Shown here: positions 26,883 to 38,400 of the stretch, one piece after another
Position numbering within the stretch: position 1 is the first letter of the stretch
How the letters are laid out: every line of letters begins with the position of its first letter
NCBI GenBank assembly: GCA_051362555.1
Contig: CM120643.1
Span: 23,998,848 to 24,062,847, forward strand
Origin: Lingula anatina
Lineage: Eukaryota > Animalia > Brachiopoda
DNA: 64,000 nt
Direction of reading: 5' to 3'
The notes under the pieces: generated by a model
Told to the model about the DNA's origin: nothing
Database searches by the model: none
The model's input: only the letters and a program-made list of their open reading frames with translations
Program-made: the position numbers and the translations under genes

Positions 26883-27621
26883 TAAGTTGAGGCTGGTTTC
26901 TTATTATTCGGTCCTATTTTGAACATGATAATATACAAACGACGTGAAAGCAGTTTTTTGAGATTGTGATAGTTGAACTGCCATACGTTCCTCAAACACA
27001 TTTATGCACAATTGCTTACTGGACAGGTATTTTAATTAAGCGGTAAAATAACTATTTGTTCAGTCACATATACCAATAAGAGAATGGGAATGCACCAAGT
27101 GAATCTACACACAATAGACATAGAAGTCTCACCTCTACTGAACCAATACTTTGGGGGAGATAAATGGCTGTGGAATGATATGCTGTTGGTATCATTTTAT
27201 TAACATCAAATTTCACAAAAAAATATGTAGACCAGGCATTTTTACTACTCAAGATCTGCCTACTTTGATTATTGATTACTATTATTTGATTACTCTGATT
27301 CAGGGGTTGACACTTCTATTGTCCTTGTATACCAGTATTGAAATGAATGGGATTGAACAAACATCAATATCATGGTCACTAGTTCATAAACATCTCGAAC
27401 TTTCGCATTGAAACATTAAAAAACAAATTCTACCAAAATGAAACCGGAAATTGCAACATTAACAAATCACAGGCCAATTGTCATTATTATTGTTGCTATG
27501 ATAAGTTTGAAAGCAACTTTCCTATTGGTCGAAGATAAACAAACACTTCATGTTTCATCAGACTTTTATCATGTCAGTGAACTGGACATTACAAATACCA
27601 GGTATAAAGTATAATTTCAGT

Positions 27622-27881
27622 CAGTGGCGGATTCCCCCCCCCCCCCCCCCCCCTTCGATTTCTGAAAACTGATAATCCCCTCTTGAAATTAGAATTTGAC
27701 CAGCTGAATCATAGTTATAAACCGTACCGAATTGCACCGTTCGCCCTCTAAAATACCAAAATTTTTAGGGTCCCTTCAACAGGCCCCGTGACCCACGCCG
27801 GGGGCGGGGTGGGGGGAGGTCGGCTTCACATCCCCGGCCCCCTCCCCCCCCCCCCTTCAAATAATCCTGGATCCGCCCCTG
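27622..27881. mobile_element. MITE with CAG(T/G)GGCGGAT terminal inverted repeats
   Basis: CAGTGGCGGAT at 27622 and ATCCGCCCCTG ending at 27881, with poly-C/G tracts inside. Confidence 0.7.
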
Positions 27882-28765
27882 ATTTTAAAAGCATATATTT
27901 AACGGTTCATAAAAGCAAAATGATTGTGAATCACACCTACCGAAGTAGCATGAATTTTTTAAGCATCATTCAATGTAATCTAAGGAACACTATCCACGTT
28001 TGACGATATCTCAAAGCAATACTTTTATGCCTACATATCCTGTAAAACCGGTTTATTTCCCAATTAATAACTTAAAAAAAAAACACAATATAACCCTTCA
28101 AATAAAGTACGTGGTGTCGATATTTGCTTCTAAAATATTTGGGAAAACAAGCGGTATACGCTACTAGCAGGTCATTTAGAGCAAAACACTTCATTAAGAT
28201 ATTATAAACATCGAATCAAAGTGCAGAGTGGGTCGAACAATTATTCAAGAGTAGGAGAACATTGCTTTTTTTCTTTTTTTTCAATGAAAATTCAATTTGG
28301 CATAATGATCCCTGATAGCAAAACTTTATCCATCAAAATCACCTTTTTGTTCTGAGATACAAAAAATGGGAGGAAAATGTTCAGAATATTTTTTACCCTT
28401 TTTGTAACTTCTACACACTTTTTAAACAATTAAATCCTCTTTCACATAAAAATTTAATGTTATTTCTTGTGTGGAACTTGATAAAAAACTACTCTGGACA
28501 GCTGCAGCATATAGGGCCTAAAATAAATACATGACAAATCGAAATATATATTTGACGTTTTATTGCATACAGAGAGCCGTTAAGTTTGGAATCCATACAA
28601 ATTCTAAGAATTTTGGTAAGATGCAAAATATTGCAAAAAAAAAACGTATTCCATCATAACAACAACGAGAGAATAATAATTAAAAGGGTCACAAGAAGAA
28701 AAATTAAGATTAAAGATACACAAGAAAAGAAAAACTCTGAATATAAATAACAAGGGTTGCGGTGG

Positions 28766-28818
<53 letters not shown>

Positions 28819-29083
28819 TTCGTCAATCTGCTGGCGCTATTTTTAGAAGGTATTATTACAACTGATCAAAACTTATTAAGAAAAGCTCGACTGTCTGAGT
28901 TACCCAAAGAACTACAGTTGTGTGGAATTGTCCGAACGAACTGATTGTTAAGATAAACTAGATATTGAATATGCTTGCTTTCCATTACGATTTATAATGT
29001 CTGAATATATGAATTTGATATTTTGTCAGTGCGCGCTCTCTCTCGTTCTCTCGTGGCTGCCATCAAAACATGGGCCGACTCAA

Positions 29084-29753
29084 TCATTCACCCTCATCCT
29101 CATCATCAACATCGTCGTTATCGTCGTTATCGTCATCCATGTTGGCCTTGAGGTCTACCAACTTTTTAACCAGCTGAAATGCCGAGAACATTTACCATGG
29201 TAATCACCAGTCTTTACACAGTGTACAATGTACTATAATCTTGTCATGAAATAAAGGAACATGCAATTATTGTACTAAACTTACCAGTGATGGACTGTTG
29301 GTACGATAAGATAATATGTACAGCTTATGGAAATAATATTAGAATGATAATATTTTGAATAAATAACATGTTTTGCAGGCAGCAATAACAATGTTTATTT
29401 TAAACGTATTTTAATAAAGCAAGATCATTACAGATAAAAATGCGATAAAAAGTTTCAGTCATGCTCCGCTGATGATTTGTTAATGACAACTATCCGATCA
29501 TCCAAAGACCGGCTGAGGGCTGATCTTATGGCGTCTCGTGTGAACGCTCTTACCTCGTCGCTTGCTTTCTCTCCCTCATCGTTGCTGTCTTCCACTGCAG
29601 TGCTATCGCCAACACAGATGCGGCGGCGGCGGATGCTTGGTATGAAACGGCGGCGGCGGCGGCGGCGGCGACTCCAACCTATAAAGGTACATTTTGCATC
29701 AAACCTTTTACAGTAGCATGTTAACACTTTCCTTGAAATCCCATTTTTTTGTC

Positions 29754-29784
<31 letters not shown>

Positions 29785-30003
29785 ATGAAAGCATTTTTGA
29801 CAAAACGTCATAGTATTAAGTAATTGTGCACCCTAATGAAGGACGATTATTTTCAAAGGACTCTATGAAAACTGCAAAACAAACAAAATGATTTAATATC
29901 TACGTTCAGCCTATACATTGCTGTGCTTACCTTCCGATTCAGCAAACAACTGCACCAAAAGCATTACGCCTAAAAGTACAGCGAACAACTTCACTTTGTT
30001 CAT
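29084..30003 (-). CDS. Secreted Arg-rich peptide precursor 3 (95 aa)
   Basis: Exons 30003-29931, 29678-29554 and 29173-29084; GT-AG introns of phase 1 and 0: MNKVKLFAVLLGVMLLVQLFAESEG-WSRRRRRRRRFIPSIRRRRICVG-DSTAVEDSNDEGEKASDE-LVKKLVDLKANMDDDNDDNDDVDDEDEGE*. Confidence 0.9.
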
Positions 30004-30659
30004 TGTGCGTATTGGCGGGTTTGTGGCAGAACAGGAGTCAGAGCTTCGCGCAAACTGGAGGCGAAAACGCCCAACTCTTATTTTTATTGAAGCTTAGCAA
30101 ATGTCAAAGTTTCTAGGGCATGCGCAACAATTGCATTCTTTGAAAATGTTTTCAGCGATATTGCACGTGACTCCTTCGAACGTGGGCGTCTGGTTGTCAC
30201 CACAACTGTTTATTATACGTTGTTTCAACAATATGAAAAATGATTATATCTTTGATATCATTAATCTAGAAAGGTTTTTGTGTAAACAATGTTTTCACTG
30301 AAAAGAAGTTTCCACGAAAAACGTTGCTTCTTCCTTTTTTATCTTTCTTTAACTAACCGAGGCATCTACAGGGGTCTTCGTAAGAATTGAACAAAAAAAA
30401 TTGCCTGGAAGAAGAAATTGGACACATTTTAAAACATCCGTTTGAATTCTCTCTTCGTAGGCATTTCTTTTTTTATTTCTTTCCTATACATTGTCACCAA
30501 ATACAGCCATTAAATCATGATTTGCTGGACATTTGAATAAAAAACAATCTATAGTTATTATGTTGGCACACCTGGTCTTCACGTATGGCAGGTTCAGTCC
30601 CCGACTCTTTGTGATCCAATCCAAGCTGAAAAAAATCACTAGGTACGTCATGTTCAGTT

Positions 30660-30691
<32 letters not shown>

Positions 30692-31461
30692 TACTTAAAT
30701 ACAGTTACGTTTTTTCATTTTCGTTTCGTTTTGACTTCCAGTTTTACTTTTTCATTTGGTCTCATCAAGGTTAGGAAATAATTTTAGTTGCCCAAACAGT
30801 AACCTTGGGCAATTCAAAATATTCGTCATGACTGCCAAATCCCACTGAAAAATACCACATGTACTCTTCCATAAAATGCGTACTAAATCTTATGCCTGAA
30901 GGTCGCATTTAAAACAGTTGATCCGCAGACTAATTGATCCCTCGACTTAATATGGCCGACTCCACTTAAAAGTAAGCCACCTAATCATCTAATGGTCTCC
31001 CCGCTTCCACATTTAACGGATTAAATCTGGGCTCCTAGGTTTAATTGCTAGGCCCCTGAAGCGACGTATGTGGAGGCGATGAGGCTACCAGGGGATTAGT
31101 CGGTATTGCTTTTAAGTGGTTCTTAACACACTTTTTAGACATGAATCGTTTAGAATCTTTAGACAAAGCTACAGTAGTGGTGGTCATCATTGTTATAACA
31201 GAAGCAAAGCATAAGAAGACATGCAACTGTCGCCATTAGTTTCTTATATGCACACACCACTAGGGTGGGAATACAATATATCTGCCTTTGTGCGTCACCA
31301 AACTAGGTCACGCACACGATTTATTAAGAAGTGTGGTGAAATACTGGAGACGACAAAATACCTTCCAAAGGTGCATTGTAGTAAATACTGGTAGGCGCGC
31401 CATTGAGGGGCTTTTACTGTTCGTTTTGTGAAATTACTATCGATGAATTTTAAAATTAAAG

Positions 31462-31511
<50 letters not shown>

Positions 31512-34010
31512 CTTTTTTGTTGAAGGCTCCCTCATAGTGCACCCATTATAAAAGTGCATTGCCTCGTTTTCAAGAAATCAGAACTGAGGATTAAAACCGA
31601 CTGCAATTAATTTTTTAATGATTATCAAAAGATTTTCTCTACTAATTTCAATAATTTTACAGTCTCTAGCATTTTTATATCTGTTATGAGGAAAGGGAAG
31701 TGTTGCCGGGTATTTATGTCAATATATGGCCAAAATTCCGTCAACAATATACTGTACAGTAGGCCTAAATGCTAGCCCAGCATAAGGAATTCCCTAGTAA
31801 ATGCGCAAATAATACATAATTTAACGGATCAAATTATCTTTTCACTTCTATCATTCTCTTAAGAAAATACAGCAACAAGCTTGATTCTTTTGAACGGTTA
31901 TAGAAATTTAGAGGAAACCCTGCTGCTGACCAAGCGAAGATATTTGACGCTTAATTGTACTTGAAGTGCCCGTTCAGCTGGCACTGGACCTCGCTATCCC
32001 AATAGAAGCTAGCATGTTGACATACCGCTGATAGGCCTATCCATGATTTTGGTAAGAGCTGCATCGCTCGAGTTGAACGACAAATTAAAACCCTCGACGA
32101 GGACAATTTGATTTGAATATGAAAGGCACAATGATACCCGCATATCGCTTCCTACACCATTTCATAGAAGTCATTAAAACCATTAAAATAGCGACTTTGC
32201 TTAAGAAGAAAAACCACAACTATTTTTTCAAAGAAGCAGAGGGATGTTTGTGCAAACATCTTTGTAATAAATGACAGTGATATTTTCTTTTCTTTCAGAG
32301 AGGAGATACTTGGCCATTTTTTTTATTTGGCCAAGTTCCATACATAACACCTAAAGTAGTCATCGTAAAGTAGTGATCGTATTATAAGTGAGAGGGTCTA
32401 CTAGCAAATATTTCATATCAAATTTAGAGGAACGAAAATATTTTGCATAACAAAGTATTATGAACACTAATTAGTAAGATCCTAACCTACCAAGCTATGT
32501 TGCTTCAAACAGTGTAGTCGCCTTTTGACGTCAGTTAGTCAGTGTAAGGATGCCTCGACACGAACGCGTCTTCGGAGTAATCACGGGGTCAAGTAATGTG
32601 TGCACCTCAAGTACATTGAAACCCCGCAACGATTTCATTTTTGAAATAACACCTACCCGTAACAGTCAAAAATGCATTCCCCCAAACGAAAACACTACAT
32701 AAATGTATATAGTATACTATACCATGTATGAGAAACAGCGCCTTTCCCACCCCCTGCCCCTTTTAAACAACACGCTGTAGGCCTGGAAGTCAAATGAAAA
32801 AAAAAACTGACAGGTGCTATATGCTCATGAAACAGATTTTGCTTTAGTTTACCCCTCTTGTCCAAACTGAACTTTATACGACAACACTATTCGAACTCCT
32901 TTTTTAATAGGCACTACATCTCGAATCTACCCCGATTTCCCTTCTTAGATATCAAGGTGAAGCTTACATTAGAATACTGATATAACTCCAAACTACAAAA
33001 ACACCTGTGTACACTTTTTACGGACTTTGTGGTGTCAAAAGTATTTAAAACATCCGTCTTTGCAATTTCGGAAGGCAACCATTTTCTATGCACCATGCAA
33101 TTAACTTTTCTTACTGTCATTCAAAACTGTCGCCTAGCTTTTCTTTTTTCTAACGCTCCAACACACAAACAATGAAGTCGTATTTTGGTGTCGAAAATTA
33201 CACCATGAGACACTCCTCCTTCAAGCAAAAGTTTTCCTTCTTACAAAAACAGTCCAGTCATGCTTAACCACAGTTAAATACAGGGTGTATTTTTGACGCC
33301 GAAAACCATAACAGTAACGTAATTACTGTAAGCTCTCTTTAGAATCACAAAGTGGTTTATGGGGGCCAAATACAGCATGAATACAGGTTTTTGGTCGTTT
33401 TTTTTTCATGTTTTTGACTCAATGCCCAAGTCAACTTTATCTGATTTAATTTGGGGATCGAGTAAACAAGCAGTGAAGCTGTAAAATGTACATACATAAA
33501 AGCAAATAATGATGCACAAAATGAGTTATTATGTTAAATTTTGATACAATTTTACATGATGCTTAACACCAAAATCAAGACTAAATTTCAACGAAATTAA
33601 GTTCAAGGTTACTATGGAAATGTCTGTTTTAGTTGTAGAAAAACAGAGGTTAGTAAATATGGAAAGTGCATATTATTTGGAATAGTAGGTCAACTGTCAA
33701 TGTCAACGTCATTAAAATTCCCAAAATTAGGCTTGCTGCCTAACTTCAATAGTTACAAAGGGTGTATCTCTGTCAGATTTGGAGAGTGATTTTGCAAAGT
33801 ACAGTTCGTGGTGAAAAGTAGGTCAAAGGTCAAATGCAAAGTCCCAGTAAGATTGCCAATATATTACTTCCTATTCAAGTTCAAAAATAACTATGACCAT
33901 ATCTCTGCTAGTTCTGAATTATTTCTCATTCTGTTTTCACCTCTGAGCAATGTTTGGAATAGCACAACCCCTCAACCTGATGAAAAACGAAAGAGCAGAC
34001 ACCCCTTTTA

Positions 34011-34270
34011 GAGACCATTCCCACAGATATTTGGATCGATCTATCTCCCTGGGGTGTCTCACTAAATCACTAAATTGCGATCAACGTAACTGGCTTAAAT
34101 GTCTGTCACGCCTAGTAAAGCTGTTCGAAGGCACAGGTAATTATCTTTACCCTAGCTGATTCGGTAGACGTGACAGACATTTAAGCCTCTTGAGCTGATA
34201 GCAATTTAGCGTGAACCCCCAGGGAGTTAGGTCGATCCAGACGGATCGATTTAAGTATGGAAACCCAGTC
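34011..34270. mobile_element. Tourist/Harbinger-like MITE, copy 1
   Basis: TTA|GAGACCATTCCCACAGA...TATGGAAACCCAGTC|TTA. Same family as 34274-35319, 58465-58680 and a fragment at ~21815-21940. Confidence 0.75.
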
Positions 34271-34273
34271 TTA

Positions 34274-35319
34274 GACTGCATTCCCAGAGATTAAGATCGA
34301 TCCATCTGGATCCACCTAACTCCCTTGGGGTTCATCCTAAATTGCTGTCAGCCGAGCGCGCACCATAGTTAACTAGAGGATCATTTTTTATTTTTGACCA
34401 CAGGTTGTCTGCCTTGCCAAGCCTTATGTTTTATTTTTCCGGAGTTCAAAATTTATTTTCCATTACCGTACTGCACATTTTGCTTTCACCACCAATATGT
34501 ACTTTTTGATACAGCGTAACTCGAAAACAGTATGGAATACAAAAAAACGGAGACCACCTCCAGTGTTGCTCTACAAAATGCAAAAAAGAATGGGTCTCTA
34601 GCATTAACGGTTCCCGAATTAGAGACAGTTTTCAGTTTCGGTATCTTATGGCTGCTACTCCCGTGAAAATGCACCGATTGACCCCAAATTCACGGAGATG
34701 AAAGATGACCTGAAGGGTAACACTTTCCAATAATATTATTGGTTAAGTCTGTGTGGTGTATGCATAACAGGGCAAATAAATTTTTTTTCGTAAAAAAATT
34801 AGTTTTTTTGAAAATTTTGGCCCGTTTGACCTTGAAATAAAGGTCAAAGGTCAAATCCAAGGGCATATTTGAAATCTACACATATGACTTTTGGAAAGCC
34901 GTCTGTAGAAATTTTTCCCATTATTCCTTCCGTAGGGTAGATAATTAGCATTTAATTTTGCCATTTTTAGACAAGGGTGCATTGCAATGAGTGCCACACC
35001 TAGACCCCAATACCGACAAAGCCCAAATTTTACGTGGAACGAGTTGAGATTATAGGTGACCTAAATCCAAGAGATGGGTACGGAGGCCCTTACCGTCTAG
35101 GAGGAGAAGCGGTAACGGTAGCCGTCCGGCGGAGCCGCAGGAGCCGGCAGAGCCGGCGGAACGATCCGGACGGGACTAAAACCATGTGTGCTAACGCTGG
35201 TGGTACAATTACCCCCTTACAGCTTTTAGTAGTAGACATTTAAGCCTGTTAAGCTGACACCAACCTAGTGAGACTCCCCAGGGGGATAGATAGATCTAAA
35301 TATCTATGGGAATGGGGTC
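34274..35319. mobile_element. Tourist/Harbinger-like MITE, copy 2 (inverted, interrupted)
   Basis: TTA|GACTGCATTCCCAGAGAT...ATCTATGGGAATGGGGTC|TTA, split by the element at 34373-35208. Confidence 0.75.
34373..35208 (-). mobile_element. Internally deleted Helitron/Helentron-like element
   Basis: Keeps both termini (TTGTACCACCAGC ... CTAG) but lacks the satellite array. It is inserted between A and T with no target duplication relative to the empty MITE at 58465-58680. Confidence 0.8.
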
Positions 35320-35463
35320 TTAGTGTTGCACTTGGCAACAAACAAGAGGCCTCTATCTTTTATGGACAAGATGTGTCTGTACATTAAAAAAAACACTGAT
35401 AAACAACCGTGTTCACCTTAAGGAGAAAGCACTAGATAGCAAAACACCTGACTACAAACTTAA

Positions 35464-38400
35464 CTAGAGGATCAGAGAGGCGATACCGCCTCCAAATATT
35501 GTACCACCAGCTGGGGTAAGCGCGATCGTATAGACCCCCACACACACAAAAAAGGGACACCACCACCAGTCTTGTGCTTGACAAGCTGTAAAAAATGCAA
35601 TCAACAAGAATTCTCAAAATATGCAAAAAAATATATATAACTTAAAATGGTACAATCAAAGTTCAGTTCATAGTAAGGTAGATCAAAGGTCGATTTCAAG
35701 GTCACAGTAAATTTCCAGTATATGACTTCCTATTCAAGTTCAATAGCAACTATGGACCTATCTCTGCTAGTTTTGGAGATAAAAGGGAACCAAAATTTGT
35801 AAACTTCAATTCATGATAAAAAGTAGGTCAAACGTTAATTTCAAGGTCACACTTAGATTGCCAGTATATGACTTCCTATTCAAATTCAATAGTAACTATG
35901 GGGGTATCTTGTCAGTTTTGGAAATAAAAGGGAACCAAAATTTGCAAAGTTAAGTTCATGGTTAAAGGTAGGTCAAAGGTCAATTTTAAGGTCACAGTAA
36001 ATTGCCTCTAATGCTTTCATATTCAAGTTCAATACTAACTGTGGACCTATCTCTGCCAGTTTTGGGGATAAAAGGGAACGGAAATTTGCAAAGTTCAATT
36101 CCTGATGAAAAGTAGGTCAAAGGTCAATTACAAAGTCACATTTATATTGCCAGTATATGACTTCCTATTCAAGTTCAATAGTAACTATGGACCTATCTCT
36201 GCATGTTTTGGAGATAAAAGGGAACAAAATTTGCAAAGTTCAGTTCATGGTTAAAAGTAGGTCAAAGGTCAATTTTAAGGTCACAGTAAATTGGCTCGTA
36301 TGACTTTCTATTCAAATTCAATAGTAACTATGGGCGTATCTTGTTAGTTTTGGAAATAAAAGGGAACCAAAATTTGCAAAGTTCAATTCATGATGAAAAG
36401 TAGGTCAAAGGTCAATTTCAAGGTCACATTTAGATTGCCAGTATATGACTGCCTGTTCAAGTTCAATAGTAACCATAGACCTATCTCTGCCAGTTTTGGA
36501 GATAAAAGGGAACAAAATTTGCAAAGTTCAGTTCAGGGTTAAAAGTAGGTCAAAGGTCAATTTTAAGGTCACAGTAAATTGCTTCGTATGACTTTCTATT
36601 CAAATTCAATAGTAACTATGGGCGTATCTCTGCCAGTTTTGAAAATAAAAGCATTAAAAAGTTGCAAAGTTCAGTTTATGGTGTAAAGTAGGTCAAAGGT
36701 CAATTTCAAGGTCACATTTAGATTGCAAGTATATGACTTCCTATTCAAGTTCAATAGTAACTATGGACCTATCTCTGCCAGTTTTGGAGATAAAAGGGAA
36801 CCAAATTTTGTAAACTTCATATCATGATGAAAAGTAGGTCAAATGTCAATTTCAAGGTCACACTTAGATTGCCTCATATGACTTTCTATTCAAATTCAAT
36901 AGTAACTATGGGCCTATCTCTGCCAGTTTTGAAAATAAAAGCATTAAAAAAATGCAAAGTTCAGTTTATGGTGTTAAGTAGGTCAAAGGTCAATTTCAAG
37001 GTCACATTTAGATTGCCAGTATATGACTTCCTATTCAAGTTCAATAGTAACTATGGTCCTATCTCTGCCAGTTTTGGAAATAAAAGGGAAGAAAAATTTG
37101 CAAAGTTCAGTTCATGGTGAAAAGTAGGTCAAAGGTCAATTTCAATGTCACACTTACATTGCCTCATATGACTTTCTATTCAAATTCAATAGTAACTATG
37201 GGCGTATCTCTGCCAGTTTTGAAAATAAAAGCATTTAAAAGTTGCAAAGTTCAGTTTATGGTGTAAAGTAGGTCAAAGGTCATTTTCAAGGTCACATTTA
37301 GATTGCCAGTATATGACTTCCTATTCAAGTTCAATAGTAACTATGGACCTATCTCTGCCAGTTTTGGAGATAAAAGGGAAGCAAAATTTGCAAAGTTCAG
37401 TTCATGGTGAAAAGTAGGTCAAAGGTCAATTTCAAGGTCACAGTAAGATAGCCAGTATATGACTTCCTATTCAACTTCAATAGTAACTATGGACCTATCT
37501 CTGCCAGTTTTGGAGATATAAGGGACTAAATGTTATAATTTTGGAGTTACCATAATGTGCCTTAAATTTCGTACAGAAAAAATTAATTAAAATAAAGAAA
37601 ATGTCATTTTGGTCAAAATTCTTGAAATAGGAGGTGCTCTGAAGTTTCAGAAGTTCAAATTTGATGAAATAATGTCATTTTTGAACACAAGTTGTCTGCT
37701 TTGCCAAGCCTTATGTTTTATTGTACCACCAGCGTTAGCGCTGGCGGTACACATGGTTTCGGTCCCGTCCGGATCGTTCCGCCGGCTCCGCCGGACGGCT
37801 ACCGTTACCGCTTCTCCTCCTAGACGGTAAGGGCCCCCGTACCCATCTCATGGATTTAGGTCACCTATAATCTCAACTCGTTCCACGTAAAATTTGGGCT
37901 TTGTCGGTATTGGGGTCTGGGTGTGGCACTCATTGCAATGCACCCTTGTCTAAAAATGGCAAAATTAAATGCTAATTATCTACCCTACGGAAGGAGTTAT
38001 GGGAAAAATTTCTATAGACGGCTTTCCAAAAGTCATATGTGTAGATTTCAAATATACCCTTGGATTTGACCTTTGACCTCTACTTCAAGGTCAAATGGGC
38101 CAAAATTTTCAAAAAAATGAAATTTTTTACGAAAAAAAATTTTTTTGCCCTGTTATTCAGACACCACACAGACTTAACCAATAATATTATTGGAAAGTGT
38201 TACCCTTCAGGTCATCTTTCATCTCCATGAATTTGGGGTCAATCGGTGCATTTTCACGGGAGTAGCGGCCATAAGATACCGAAACTGAAAACTGTCTCTA
38301 ATTCGGGAACCGTTAATGCTAGAGACCCATTCTTTTTTGCATTTTGTAGAGCATGTAAAGCCCAACACTGGAGGTGGTCTCGGTTTTTTTGTATTCCATA

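Larger units (their letters stand above)
22700..30200. repeat. Inverted duplication carrying peptide genes 2 and 3 (22700-24800 vs 27985-30200)
   Basis: Reverse-complement homology runs from the promoter to ~1 kb downstream (gtcaaacgtggatag 24781 / ctatccacgtttgac 27990). The genes converge tail to tail. Confidence 0.9.

Noticed and set aside
31041-31240. ORF with a hydrophobic, signal-like N-terminus near the peptide cluster
   Set aside because: It starts at TTG with an in-frame stop just upstream, has no similarity to the peptide family and no supported splice structure.
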